A program made the position numbers and the translations under genes. From Verrucomicrobiia bacterium (GTDB taxonomy: Bacteria; Verrucomicrobiota; Verrucomicrobiia; Limisphaerales; UBA1319), in the NCBI GenBank assembly GCA_963664225.1, contig OY760937.1:64001-128000 (forward strand): a stretch of 64,000 nucleotides of DNA, read 5' to 3'. Below the pieces are notes generated by a model. The model was not told the DNA's origin, searched no databases, and saw only the letters and a program-made list of their open reading frames with translations. How positions within the stretch are numbered: position 1 is the first letter of the stretch; the number at the start of each line of letters is the position of its first letter. Positions 30,146 to 40,463 of the stretch are shown here, piece by piece.

Positions 30146-32120
30146 GTGCGCCAGTGAAATTGGTAGCCTCGTGGGTGAAAGTCCCGCCGGTCGAATTAGA
30201 CGGTTCACGACCGAAATGCAGCGTCCGGGACGAGGCCGTGAGGCCGAACCACAAGCGGGACGCTGAAAGAACTGTCGGGTCGTAACGAAAGTAAACCTCA
30301 TCAAATGAGCTCCGAAACCGAAATAACCGGTAAGCCGAGCCGCTACCCGAACGGCGAAGGCAGAAACGCGGCGTCATCAAATCGTCAAATGGGCGCTGTT
30401 GATTCCGGCGGAGTCAGCGAGGGCGACACGACAGGAAGGGAAACCAAGGTAAGCTGGGAGATCTCTGGAGGCGGGGCGATAAAGCCTCAACCGCCGGTGC
30501 AAGGAGGAACACCCTCCGAGGCCGCACGGGCAGCCAGAGAAGTCGGAGTCTTCCATAGTAGCGAAGAAGCTGGGGCGACCAAAACCCCGGCGGAGCCAAG
30601 GGAAGGCACTTGGATCGAAGCGAATCAAAACAGCGAGGGACAGGGAGATGGCCTTGAGGGAGTGGAAACACTTTTTCAACGGATAACAACCCCGATAAAA
30701 GTTCAAAAGCTGCAGCGAGCGCTATATTGCAAAGCCAAGGCTGAGCCGAAGTATCGGTTTTACAGCCTCTACGGAGAACTGCTGCGGAAGGACGTGCTGG
30801 AAACGGCAATGGCCTCCGTGGCGCACAACAATGGCGCGGCTGGGATCGACGGGCAGACATGCGACGTCTATCTTGCCAGCGACGAAGCCTGGGACCAATG
30901 GCGGAACCAACTGCTGGAGGAGTTACGCACGAAGAAGTATCGGCCAAGCCCGGTGAAGCGTGTGTATATACCAAAAGGAGACGGGAAGCTGCGACCCCTG
31001 GGCATCCCGACAGTGAAAGACCGGGTGGTGCAGACAGCGGTGGTGATTGTATTGCTGCCGATTCTGGAAGCCGATAGTCATCCGAACAGTTACGCCTATC
31101 ATCCCAAACGCAATGCCCACCAAGCAATGGAGGCGATCAAGAAGGCTACGCTGACAGGACGCGTCGAAGTTATAGACGCGGACTTAAGCGGGTATTTTGA
31201 CAGCATTCCCCACAGGCGTTTGTTGCGCATAGTGGCCAAGCGGGTCAGCGATGGAACAATTCTCAAGCTGATCGCAGGATGGCTGCGCGCGCCCGTGAAT
31301 GAACCGCAAAGCGACACAGGGAAAGGCGGGACAAAGGGGGGGCAAGGTCAGAATCGACGGGGGACTCCGCAAGGCGGGGTTGTATCGCCGATTTTAGCCA
31401 ATGCATACCTCAACCAGTTGGATTGGGAAGTCAACGAACGCTGCGAACTCAAACCCGTGATGGTGAGATACGCGGATGATTTCGTGATACTCGGACAGCC
31501 GGGGCAGGGACGGGAACTGATGGAACGACTGGAACGATGGCTGAAGCAACGCGAGTTAGTGCTCAACGAGAAGAAGACCCGCTTGGTGGACCTCCGCCAG
31601 GATGGCATCAAATTCTTGGGATTCGCGCTAACAATGCGACAGGGGAAGGGGAAATGGAAATATCCGCATGTGGAACCCCATCCCAAGAGCCAGAAGAAGT
31701 TTCGAGACGGGATTCGGGAGAAACTCAACCGAAGCACGCTATGGCGTGATATCGGAGAGGTGATTCCCGAGCTCAACAAGAAACTCAAAGGTTGGAAGGG
31801 TTACTTTCACTACGGGAACAGCACCAAGGTGATGGGCCAGATGAACGAATACGTCAGCAGCAAGTTACAACGATGGTTGTGGCGCAAACACGGATGTAGT
31901 CGGGCGCAATGGTCCACATACCCCAAGGAGGATCTCTATGAGCGTTATGGTTTATACCAAATGCCGGAATATGCGGCATGGAAACGATGACGTCGAAGCG
32001 ATGCAACGTATGATCCCCGGAGAGCCGGATGCGGGAAAACCGCCTGTCCGGTTCGATGAGGGGCGAAATGCGACGGTCATTGGCCACGGCCATTCAATCC
32101 GTCCATTTCGCCTACTCTAC
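30146..32120 (+). mobile_element. Group II intron (AGC-triad domain V, IIB-like; class E/F-like RT without En domain)
   Basis: 5' GTGCG at 30146; domain V gagccggatgcgggaaaaccgcctgtccggttc (~32022-32054); domain VI ending cctactctAC at 32120; EBS1/EBS2 complementary to the upstream exon. Confidence 0.92.
30662..31990 (+). CDS. ltrA: Group II intron reverse transcriptase/maturase
   Basis: RPLGIPTVKDR, DADLSGYFD, TPQGGVVSPILAN, YADD and maturase X domain (LNKKLKGWKGYF). The ORF opens at 30305, but that part overlaps intron domain I, so the real start is probably ~30662. Confidence 0.95.
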   Translation: METLFQRITTPIKVQKLQRALYCKAKAEPKYRFYSLYGELLRKDVLETAMASVAHNNGAAGIDGQTCDVYLASDEAWDQWRNQLLEELRTKKYRPSPVKRVYIPKGDGKLRPLGIPTVKDRVVQTAVVIVLLPILEADSHPNSYAYHPKRNAHQAMEAIKKATLTGRVEVIDADLSGYFDSIPHRRLLRIVAKRVSDGTILKLIAGWLRAPVNEPQSDTGKGGTKGGQGQNRRGTPQGGVVSPILANAYLNQLDWEVNERCELKPVMVRYADDFVILGQPGQGRELMERLERWLKQRELVLNEKKTRLVDLRQDGIKFLGFALTMRQGKGKWKYPHVEPHPKSQKKFRDGIREKLNRSTLWRDIGEVIPELNKKLKGWKGYFHYGNSTKVMGQMNEYVSSKLQRWLWRKHGCSRAQWSTYPKEDLYERYGLYQMPEYAAWKR

Positions 32121-32129
32121 TTAAACAGA

Positions 32130-34862
32130 TCAATCCGGCTGAAGCGTTTTTATTTCGCCCATGCCCAGATCCTTCAAGCTGGGTTCAATTTTTGAGCGGT
32201 CACCGACAATGATCCAGACCATCTGATCAGGATGCACCACTTGGCCGACGGCGCGGCTCAGATCGTCGGTCTTCAGGTCGAGAACCGTTTGCGGATATTT
32301 TATGAAGTAGTCTTCCGGCAGTCCAAAATGGACGATTTCGCCAATCGAACTTGCGACCGAGGAGCTGGTTTCCCATCGACCCGCGAGCGTGAGCGTTTCG
32401 TCCTTCTGCGCCTTGGCGAGTTCTTCCGCAGACGGCAGTCGCGAGCCCACGATCTCTTTTAACTCCCGGCTTATTTCCAGGACGGCTTCCTTTGTCTTGT
32501 CCGATTGAACGGGAGCGACCACAAGGAAGGGCCGTTGACCGATCGCATCCACAATCGAGGAACGCACGCCATAGGACCAATGCTTGTCCTCGCGCAGGTT
32601 CATGTTCAGGCGCGAGGTGAAGCTCCCGCCGAGGATGTGATTCAAGGATTCGATGGCGGTTTCGTCCGGATTGGCGCGCGAAGGAGCGAGGTCGGCTGCG
32701 ATAATGACGGATTGAGCGGCGCCGGGTCGGTCCATGATGTAAACAGCGGATTGGGCCGGGGGCGTCACAGCGGCAAGGTTCTTAATCGGGACATCGCCGG
32801 GTTTCCACGAGGCGAAGATCTTTTCCAGTTTGGGTGTGATTTCCGCCAGGGTGGTGTCACCCACGACAATCAGAGTGGCGTGGTTGGGTTTGAACCATGT
32901 GTCGTAGAACTTCCGGGTGTCGGCCGCGGTGAGTTTGGAAACGGACGCGGCATCGCCCGAGCCTGTGAACGGCGTGCTGTAGGCATGACCCGCGCCGTAA
33001 AGGAGCCGCGGCACCACGCGCATGGCCATGCTCCTGGGGTCGTTTTGCTCGCGCTGAATGCCATCGAGCTGTTGCTGTCTGACGCGCGCGAAATCGGCTT
33101 CGTGAAAGGCGGGATGCAACACGAGGTCGGCAAACAACTCCAGCGACGGATCCAGATTCGCCTTGAGCGCGTAGAGGGAAACGGACGAGGTATCGAGATC
33201 GGAGGACATGCCGAGCCTTGCGCCGAGCCGTTCCGCTTCGTCGCTGATTTGAAGGGCGGTCCGCTGTTCGGTGCCCTCGTCGAGGAGGTTCATGGCGAGT
33301 TTCGCCGTGCCGGGAACGGCGAACTGATCGGCGGCGTAACCGGCATCCACCTGGAGCGTGGCGTTCACCAGCGGCACCGCGTGGCGTTCCGCCAGCACCA
33401 CTTTCAAACCGTTGGAGAGTGTTGCAGTCTGCAATTTTGGAAACTCAACGGTCGGCTTGATGGTGGGCACGGGCAACTTTGACCGGTCCACAGTGGAAGT
33501 CGTGGCGCTGAACTGTGGGAACGGATGGACTTCGAGCACATAAGCGCCATCGGAAAGCCACGCCTTTGCGGTATTCTGCAAATCCTGCGCGGTCGCCTCG
33601 TTCACCCGACGGAGCGTGGTGCGATATGCGGCTGGGTCGCCCAAATAAACCTGGTTTTCCGCGAGCACGTCCGATTTCCCGCCAAAGCCGCCAATGCGTT
33701 CGACTCCCCGCACGAACCCGGCGAGCGATTGGGTCTTCACGCGCTGCAATTCATCGGCGCTCGGTCCCTCCGCAAGGAACTTTGCCAATTCCTCGTCCAC
33801 TGCTTTTTCCACCTTCTCCAGTGGCACTCCCGGCCGCGCGGTGGCAACGATATAAAAGCGGCCGCCGATTTCACTTAAATCCGCGAAGGCATTCACGCTG
33901 CTGGCAATTTGCTCGTCAAACACAAGCCTCCGGTAAAGACGGGACGATTTGCCGCCCGCGAGCACGTCCGCGCCAAGCGAGAGAAAATCACCTTCCGCGG
34001 TTCCGAATTGGGGGATGTTCCAAACTTTGTAGAGACGCGCCTGGGGCACGCGGTCCTGCGCGATTTGCCGGTGCGTGCCCGTGCGCTTCGCAATCCAGGC
34101 CTGCTGGCGCGTGACCGGCGGCCCGGACGGGATGTCGCCAAAATATTTCTCCACCTTCGCCAGCGCGTCCTGCGGATTCACATCACCCGCGACAACCAGC
34201 GTGGCGTTGGCCGCGCCATAATAGGATTTGAACCAGGTGCGCACGTCGTCCAGACTCGCGGCGCTCAAATCCTCCATCGAGCCAATGACCGTCCACGAAT
34301 ACGGGTGGCCGGGAGGATACGTGCCCTTGGTGATGAGTTCATGGGTCAGGCCGTAGGGCTGGTTTTCGCCCTGGCGCTTTTCGTTCTGCACCACACCGCG
34401 CTGCTCGTCGAGCCGTCCCTGGTCGATCACGCCCAGCAGGTGACCCATCCGGTCGGACTCCAGCCAGAGCAGATAATCGAGGGCATCCTTTGGGGCGTCC
34501 TCGAAATAGTTCGTCCGGTCTTCACTGGTGGTGCCGTTCATATCCGTGGCGCCGACTTTCTCCGTGGCCTTGAAGAAGTCGTCATTGAAGTGCTCGCTGC
34601 CGTTGAACATGAGATGCTCGAACAAATGCGCGAAGCCGGTCTTGCCGGTCCGCTCGTTCTTGGACCCAACATGATACCAGACATTGACGGCGACAATGGG
34701 CGCCTTGTGATCCTCATGCACAATGAGCGTCAGTCCATTGGTGAGGACGAACTTTTGGAATGGAATGTCAATGGCCGGAATGGCGGAACCGGCAGCCGGG
34801 GCGGCCAGGGCGGCGGCACACAGGCCGAACGTCAACACGGTGGACAAAAGGATCGATTTCAT
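32130..34862 (-). CDS. Secreted M16 family zinc metallopeptidase (insulinase/PqqL-like, two-domain)
   Basis: Signal peptide; GFAHLFEHLMF (HxxEH); second LSNGL repeat; SRLNMNLRE. Confidence 0.93.
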   Translation of the reverse strand: MKSILLSTVLTFGLCAAALAAPAAGSAIPAIDIPFQKFVLTNGLTLIVHEDHKAPIVAVNVWYHVGSKNERTGKTGFAHLFEHLMFNGSEHFNDDFFKATEKVGATDMNGTTSEDRTNYFEDAPKDALDYLLWLESDRMGHLLGVIDQGRLDEQRGVVQNEKRQGENQPYGLTHELITKGTYPPGHPYSWTVIGSMEDLSAASLDDVRTWFKSYYGAANATLVVAGDVNPQDALAKVEKYFGDIPSGPPVTRQQAWIAKRTGTHRQIAQDRVPQARLYKVWNIPQFGTAEGDFLSLGADVLAGGKSSRLYRRLVFDEQIASSVNAFADLSEIGGRFYIVATARPGVPLEKVEKAVDEELAKFLAEGPSADELQRVKTQSLAGFVRGVERIGGFGGKSDVLAENQVYLGDPAAYRTTLRRVNEATAQDLQNTAKAWLSDGAYVLEVHPFPQFSATTSTVDRSKLPVPTIKPTVEFPKLQTATLSNGLKVVLAERHAVPLVNATLQVDAGYAADQFAVPGTAKLAMNLLDEGTEQRTALQISDEAERLGARLGMSSDLDTSSVSLYALKANLDPSLELFADLVLHPAFHEADFARVRQQQLDGIQREQNDPRSMAMRVVPRLLYGAGHAYSTPFTGSGDAASVSKLTAADTRKFYDTWFKPNHATLIVVGDTTLAEITPKLEKIFASWKPGDVPIKNLAAVTPPAQSAVYIMDRPGAAQSVIIAADLAPSRANPDETAIESLNHILGGSFTSRLNMNLREDKHWSYGVRSSIVDAIGQRPFLVVAPVQSDKTKEAVLEISRELKEIVGSRLPSAEELAKAQKDETLTLAGRWETSSSVASSIGEIVHFGLPEDYFIKYPQTVLDLKTDDLSRAVGQVVHPDQMVWIIVGDRSKIEPSLKDLGMGEIKTLQPD

Positions 34863-34937
34863 AATGCATCACGAGTTGGATGTTTCGGCAACCTTAGACG
34901 GAACCGGCCGTGATGACAACATGTCGCTGGTGTCTTC

Positions 34938-35055
34938 GGAGCGCCGGTCTCCAGACCGGCTTAAGGTATTGTTGAATCGAACGGTATCAAGTGCGCCACG
35001 AACCCCGCACGCGGGTTCTGCCTCTGCCGCAAAGCCGATTTAAAATCAGCGCACC
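34938..35055. repeat. Inverted pair of REP-like palindromes
   Basis: ggagcgccggtctccagaccggc (34938-34960) and a degenerate inverted partner gccgatttaaaatcagcgcacc (35034-35055). Confidence 0.55.
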
Positions 35056-35368
35056 GCCACAACTGTTTTCCACACTTCTTAATTTTGTCATGCACCCCGC
35101 TGGAGCACGCCATGTCCAAATGCCCATTCTCTTTCACCCGAATTCCAAAAACTGAAAAGTCATTCCGCCCAGTGCGGAACGCTTGATGCTGCCGTTTTGC
35201 CATGAGAATGGAATGTCCTTCCTTACAAACTTGTAATGCTCAGGAAAGTGGCGGGCAAACCTTATCGCGCATATTGTAGCCAATAAGAGACCGGTGGGGT
35301 CGGGGACGACACGACGGCCAGCAACGAAAATATGATAACGCAAAACCAAACGCCCATCGGCTTCTCAC

Positions 35369-37552
35369 ATGAAAATTAACAGCAGAATCGCTTCGCTCTT
35401 TGGCCTGTCCGCGCTGGCGCTGGTCCTCTCCGCCGCAGGCCTTGCCACACACCAGCCGGAGCCCAGTTCGGAAGAGGCGAGCATCACCCGACTCACTTCG
35501 CGCATGCTGGAAAGCTCCCAGTTTTCCCATCACCGCCTGGACGACGACCTGGCCGCCAGGTTTCTCGATCGCTATGTGGACACGCTCGATGGCGGCCGCC
35601 TCATGTTCCTGCAAACTGACATCGACGAATTCGCGGCGTTCCGCCCGGATCTTGCGGCACTGACCCGCAACGTTGGCGACACCCAGCCCGCGCACGCCAT
35701 TTTCGCCCGCTATCTTGAGCGCCTCGGCCAGCGCGTGAGCTACATGACGAATCTGCTCCAGACCGGGACTTTCGATTTCACCGGTCACGACCAATACACG
35801 CTCGACCGCGAGCACGCTCCCCGCCCGCATGATCTGGCCGAAGCGCAACAACTTTGGAAACAAAACCTGCGCTTCGAATTTCTGCAGGAAAAGCTGGCCG
35901 ACAAAAAACCGGAGGAAATCGTCCGCACTCTCTCCCGCCGCTACACGCGCCTGCAGGAAACGATGGGGAAATTCAATCAGGACGCCGTTCTGGAATTATA
36001 TCTCACCGCGCTGGCGCATGTCTATGATCCGCACTCGGATTATCTCGGTCACGAACAGATGGAGAGCCTCTCCATCTCAATGAACCTGTCCCTGATCGGC
36101 ATCGGGGCGACTCTTCAGACGGAGGACGGTTATTGCAAAATCCGCGACATGGTGCCTGGAGGCCCGGCGGCGCGCAGCGGCCTTCTCAAGCCGGGGGATC
36201 GTATTGTGGCCGTGGCGCAGGATGGCAAGGAACCGGTGGATGTGGTGGACCTTCCGCTGCCGCAGGCGGTCGAGATGATTCGCGGCGCAAAGGGCACGAA
36301 GGTGAATCTGACGATTATTCCGTCGGGCGCGGAGGATTCGAACCGGAAAACGGTTTTGCTGGTGCGCGATGAAATCAAACTCGAAGACCAGAAAGCCAAG
36401 GCGCGCATTGTGGATCTGCCGCAAGCCCATGGCGCGACTCGCCGTCTGGGCGTCATCGATCTGCCGTCGTTTTACGCGAGCATGGACGGCCCAAAAGACG
36501 GCCGGCACGAATCCGCCACCGGGGATGTGGCGCTGCTGTTGCGCAAGCTCAAAGCCGAACATGTCGAGGGCGTCATTCTCGACTTGCGGCACAATGGCGG
36601 CGGTTCGCTCAATGAGGCCATCAGCCTCACCGGACTATTTATTCGTGAAGGTCCGGTGGTGCAAACCCGCGACCAATCGGGACATGTGGATGTGGACTCG
36701 GACGAAGATTCCTCGGTGGCTTACGACGGTCCGCTCGTGGTGCTCACCAGCCGATTCAGCGCCTCGGCTTCGGAGATTCTGGCGGGAGCGCTGCAGGATT
36801 ACGGTCGGGCGCTGACCGTCGGCGATTCATCGACCTTTGGAAAGGGCACCGTGCAAAACGTCATGTACCTTGCCCCGATTTTCGAACGCTACAGTCTTCC
36901 CCATCCCACGGACCCGGGCGCGCTCAAAGTCACCATTCGCAAATTCTACCGTCCCGACGGCGCGTCCACGCAACTGCGCGGTGTCGCGGCCGACCTCGTG
37001 CTTCCCTCGCTGACCGACGAACACGAAATTTCCGAGTCGGCCATGAAAGACCCGCTGCCGTGGGATTCCGTGCCAGCCGCGCCGCATGAGTTCCTTAATC
37101 GCGTCAAGCCGTATGTGGAAAGCCTGCGCACAAACTCTGCGGAACGCCTGCGCACCGGGGAGGATTTCGTGTGGTTGCGCGAGGACGTGGCGCAAATGCA
37201 GAAGAATCTCAATGCGAAAACAGTATCGCTCAACGAGGCCGACCGCCGGAGCGATAAAGAGAAGGACCGGCTGCGCGAAGAGACTCACAAGCGCGAACGA
37301 CTGGCCCGCCACGAAACGCAGCCTCCCACTTACGAGATCACCGTGCAAAACGCCACCGCTCCCGGTTTGACCAGGATCCAAACCGCCACCAATGCCGCGC
37401 CTGCGAATGCCGTTGCATCAGGCACCAACTCCACGGCTGGCACCGATGGATCTTCTCCCGCCAATGACATCGAGTTGCGGGAAACCGAGAACATTCTGGT
37501 CGATTACATCGGCTTGCTGGCACACCCGGCCACGATAGTCACCCAGCGCTGA
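35369..37552 (+). CDS. prc: Tail-specific (carboxy-terminal processing) protease, S41A, with PDZ domain
   Basis: DPHSDY, GIGA, GGPA..SG.L..GD, LDLRHNGGG, SASASEI, TFGKGTVQ. Confidence 0.92.
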   Translation: MKINSRIASLFGLSALALVLSAAGLATHQPEPSSEEASITRLTSRMLESSQFSHHRLDDDLAARFLDRYVDTLDGGRLMFLQTDIDEFAAFRPDLAALTRNVGDTQPAHAIFARYLERLGQRVSYMTNLLQTGTFDFTGHDQYTLDREHAPRPHDLAEAQQLWKQNLRFEFLQEKLADKKPEEIVRTLSRRYTRLQETMGKFNQDAVLELYLTALAHVYDPHSDYLGHEQMESLSISMNLSLIGIGATLQTEDGYCKIRDMVPGGPAARSGLLKPGDRIVAVAQDGKEPVDVVDLPLPQAVEMIRGAKGTKVNLTIIPSGAEDSNRKTVLLVRDEIKLEDQKAKARIVDLPQAHGATRRLGVIDLPSFYASMDGPKDGRHESATGDVALLLRKLKAEHVEGVILDLRHNGGGSLNEAISLTGLFIREGPVVQTRDQSGHVDVDSDEDSSVAYDGPLVVLTSRFSASASEILAGALQDYGRALTVGDSSTFGKGTVQNVMYLAPIFERYSLPHPTDPGALKVTIRKFYRPDGASTQLRGVAADLVLPSLTDEHEISESAMKDPLPWDSVPAAPHEFLNRVKPYVESLRTNSAERLRTGEDFVWLREDVAQMQKNLNAKTVSLNEADRRSDKEKDRLREETHKRERLARHETQPPTYEITVQNATAPGLTRIQTATNAAPANAVASGTNSTAGTDGSSPANDIELRETENILVDYIGLLAHPATIVTQR

Positions 37553-37737
37553 ACCGGGAGCTTTTACGAAAACGCGACATCACGAAAACGAAGATGGTTG
37601 GGTGGATCCACCTCCGGGCGTCTGTTGTCACAAATGCGTCCGTCGTAACGCGTTTTAGCGCCACCCCCCGGCACCATCGCATCTGCGCGCGCGTCCAGCG
37701 TAGGCAGGGTTCAGGCTGGCCGCCATGTCCGGGCGGA

Positions 37738-39957
37738 TCATTTCACGGTTCGAACTAGCACGCGGAGCCGTTTTGCCTGATAGACTCCGGCGTTTTCGGC
37801 AAACGTCCAATCCGGATTCCCTTTCGGCTGATTGCCAATGCCGATATCGGCTTTGGCGCCCATGCGCCAGTGATTCACGGCGAACAAGGTCTGGTTGGCG
37901 GCATGGTTATGCACCTGCATCGAGCCATAGCCATCCGCGGAGTCGTTGGCTTCGTCGCCCGTATCGTAGCTGGTGTCCGAAGCGCCCGGGACCTTGCTGG
38001 TGTTGGCCATTCCATAGTTGCCGGGCCAGAATTCGATGTTGCCACCATCCAGCCCGGTGCCGGTGACGAGGCTCTTGACGTTGGAATAGACGTTTAATTT
38101 GGCCACATCCTGCTGGAAGCGGGCGCCCGATTTGAAGGTCGGGATTCCAATTTTTGAAAGGTCTTTGGTGAACGCGTCCATGGATACATAGACATAATCG
38201 GTCGCGTAATCGGAACCCTGCAATTCGAGGAAGTACGCGATCCGGTCAAAGTCGGCCTTGATTTTTCCACTATTATCGACGGCATACGAAAAATCCTCGC
38301 CCACCTTGGCCAGGTCGATGTCATAGACCACCTGGTAATCCTTTGCTTCAGGCACTTTCATGCCGAGGAGATCGCGGTCTGGAACGGTGCCGGCCCGGAA
38401 TGCCCCTGCGGGCAGGCCTTCCGAGTTCATGAGGTTGGGTTCGGCCAGCATGCTCCAGGCAAACCGCATCGCCACCGGATGTTCCACGCCCGGCGCTGTC
38501 AGCACCAAAGCATCGTTCTCGATTTTCACATCCGCATGAACGAACCCGCCATCGTCGCGGTCGATCACCTCAAACCAGCTCAAGGGTTTTGAGTCGCGGG
38601 AAGCAAGTCCTCCCGCCGCATCCGAGAAAGTGATGCGCAGTTTGTTGCCCTCGATCTCCAGCGCCTTGAATTTCGGCCCGGAATAAACAACATTCTTCTG
38701 TCCATAGGTCTTCGCCAGTGCCCACAGGGCGAGGCGCCGGCCCACTTCCTGTTTATTGGCGGGATGAATGTCGCGCAAGTTGCCGATATCATTGATCACC
38801 ACCATGCCAACATTGGGGATGACGGTTTCGGCCGCGGCCTGGGCCTCCCAAAATCGCCCAATCCGTTCGGCGTCGCCTCCATAGTTGTAAGGGGCAATCT
38901 GCACAAATATGAACGGGAAATCGCCCAGGTTCCAGAGGCTGCGCCAGCCATTGACGAGGGCCTTCATGCGCTCGGTGTAAAGCATCCCTTCGTCACTGTT
39001 GGATTCGCCCTGGTACCAGATGGCGCCCCTGAAGGCAAACGGGCGCAGCGGATGGATCATCCCATTGTAAAGGGCCGTGGCTTGCTGCACGTCTCGCGGC
39101 GGCAGAAGTTCGGCGGGATACTGGGGCATGACAGGCACCGATTTGCGTTCAGTCATGGCTGATCGAGCCGCAGCCACCCAATTTTCGGTTTCCTGGATCA
39201 CCTGGCCCAGGCGTTCCTGATGCTCTGTGGTGCGCGGATCTCCCAGTTTAACCAGCATGAAGTCTCGCTGCAGGGCCGGCACGGAAGCAAAGCCTTCGGG
39301 CGGAGTCCAAGGTTCGATCCGGGTGCCGCCCCAGGAAGCGTCGATCAACCCAACCGCCACGCCCAATTTCTTGTGCAACTCGCGCCCGAAATAATACGCA
39401 GCCGCGGAAAAACCACCCCAGCCGCCTTCGGCCACCGTTTTCGGGGAACAGACCTTCCAGGTGCCCTCGATGTCGCTCTGTGGTTCCGGGGTCCAGCGCT
39501 TGGCCACCAGCATAATTCGGATGTTGGGGTAATCTGCTGCCGCCACCTCTTCCTTCGCGTCCTTGCAGGAGGCGATGCCCATTTCCATATTGGATTGTCC
39601 AGAGCAAAGCCACACTTCACCCACCATCACATTCTCAAACTCCACCGTGCTGGAGCCGGTGACCTTCACGACATACGGGCCGCCTGCCGTTATCGCGGGC
39701 AGTGTCGCCTTCCATTCCCCACGCGCGTTCGCCTGCGCCTCGGCTTTGTTGGTTCCCAGTTGCAAGTGGACCGTTTCGTTGGGCTCGGCCCAACCCCAGA
39801 AGATCAGAGGGGCCCCTTGTTGGAGAACCATGTGGCTGCCGAAAATTTTGGGTAAGCGCACCTCGGCCAACGCACTGTTTGCCAGGAACAGGAGGACGGC
39901 CGCGCAGCCAAGGCCAGTGGAAATGGGTCGCAGAATGGATCCAAATGATAATTTCAT
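37738..39957 (-). CDS. Sialate O-acetylesterase (SGNH) with extra ~200-aa C-terminal domain
   Basis: GEVWLCSGQSNM, WGGT, WYQGESN, DIHPANK motifs; start placed at MKLSFG. Confidence 0.88.
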   Translation of the reverse strand: MKLSFGSILRPISTGLGCAAVLLFLANSALAEVRLPKIFGSHMVLQQGAPLIFWGWAEPNETVHLQLGTNKAEAQANARGEWKATLPAITAGGPYVVKVTGSSTVEFENVMVGEVWLCSGQSNMEMGIASCKDAKEEVAAADYPNIRIMLVAKRWTPEPQSDIEGTWKVCSPKTVAEGGWGGFSAAAYYFGRELHKKLGVAVGLIDASWGGTRIEPWTPPEGFASVPALQRDFMLVKLGDPRTTEHQERLGQVIQETENWVAAARSAMTERKSVPVMPQYPAELLPPRDVQQATALYNGMIHPLRPFAFRGAIWYQGESNSDEGMLYTERMKALVNGWRSLWNLGDFPFIFVQIAPYNYGGDAERIGRFWEAQAAAETVIPNVGMVVINDIGNLRDIHPANKQEVGRRLALWALAKTYGQKNVVYSGPKFKALEIEGNKLRITFSDAAGGLASRDSKPLSWFEVIDRDDGGFVHADVKIENDALVLTAPGVEHPVAMRFAWSMLAEPNLMNSEGLPAGAFRAGTVPDRDLLGMKVPEAKDYQVVYDIDLAKVGEDFSYAVDNSGKIKADFDRIAYFLELQGSDYATDYVYVSMDAFTKDLSKIGIPTFKSGARFQQDVAKLNVYSNVKSLVTGTGLDGGNIEFWPGNYGMANTSKVPGASDTSYDTGDEANDSADGYGSMQVHNHAANQTLFAVNHWRMGAKADIGIGNQPKGNPDWTFAENAGVYQAKRLRVLVRTVK

Positions 39958-40196
39958 AAATGCTAGGCCTCGAGAGTTGTGCCCCACGTCCCGGAAGTCA
40001 AGAGTTTGCATGCTCGATCCCACTTTGATGGATCTGAACCCTGAGTCCTGCGCCATGGGCTGGGAATGATGGTTCCATGGGGATGACCATAAAAACACAG
40101 GCGTTTCTCCCCTTCAATCTTAACAAGTTGGGGAATAAAGTCGGAAATAGCCTGAAACTTCAAGCTTTCGGAGCCCTTGCAAGTCGTTGTAGGAGA

Positions 40197-40273
40197 TGGT
40201 GCATCCGTCTGGAGTTGAACCAGAAACCTTCTGATCCGTAGTCAGATGCTCTATCCAATTGAGCTACGGATGC
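40197..40273 (-). tRNA. tRNA-Arg(ACG)
   Basis: Reverse complement GCATCCGTAGCTCAATTGGATAGAGCATCTGACT-ACG-GATCAGAAGGTTTCTGGTTCAACTCCAGACGGATGCACCA; cloverleaf with encoded CCA. Confidence 0.97.
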
Positions 40274-40463
40274 AACCGTCGAGGCGCAAATATGTCGCAC
40301 TTTTCCACCGTCGAGGCAAGCGAATTCAGAATTAAAAATGCATCTTTATCACCCGCGCGGCGGTTTGGAAGAGGTTGTCGATATGGACCGCACAGGTGCA
40401 TTTTATCGCATTTTTTTAACTCCCGGTTGACGTCTTCGCCGATCTGTCAGAGGCTGGGCGCGT

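Noticed and set aside
30305..30661. N-terminal extension of the RT ORF
   Set aside because: Overlaps the structured intron RNA including EBS1/EBS2; probably an untranslated open frame.
30305..31990. DGR, retron or defence-type reverse transcriptase
   Set aside because: YADD RT with maturase domain inside complete group II intron boundaries (GTGCG...AC, domains V and VI); no TR/VR pair seen.
40100..40273. Island integrated at tRNA-Arg
   Set aside because: No integrase and no duplicated tRNA 3' end noticed in the window.
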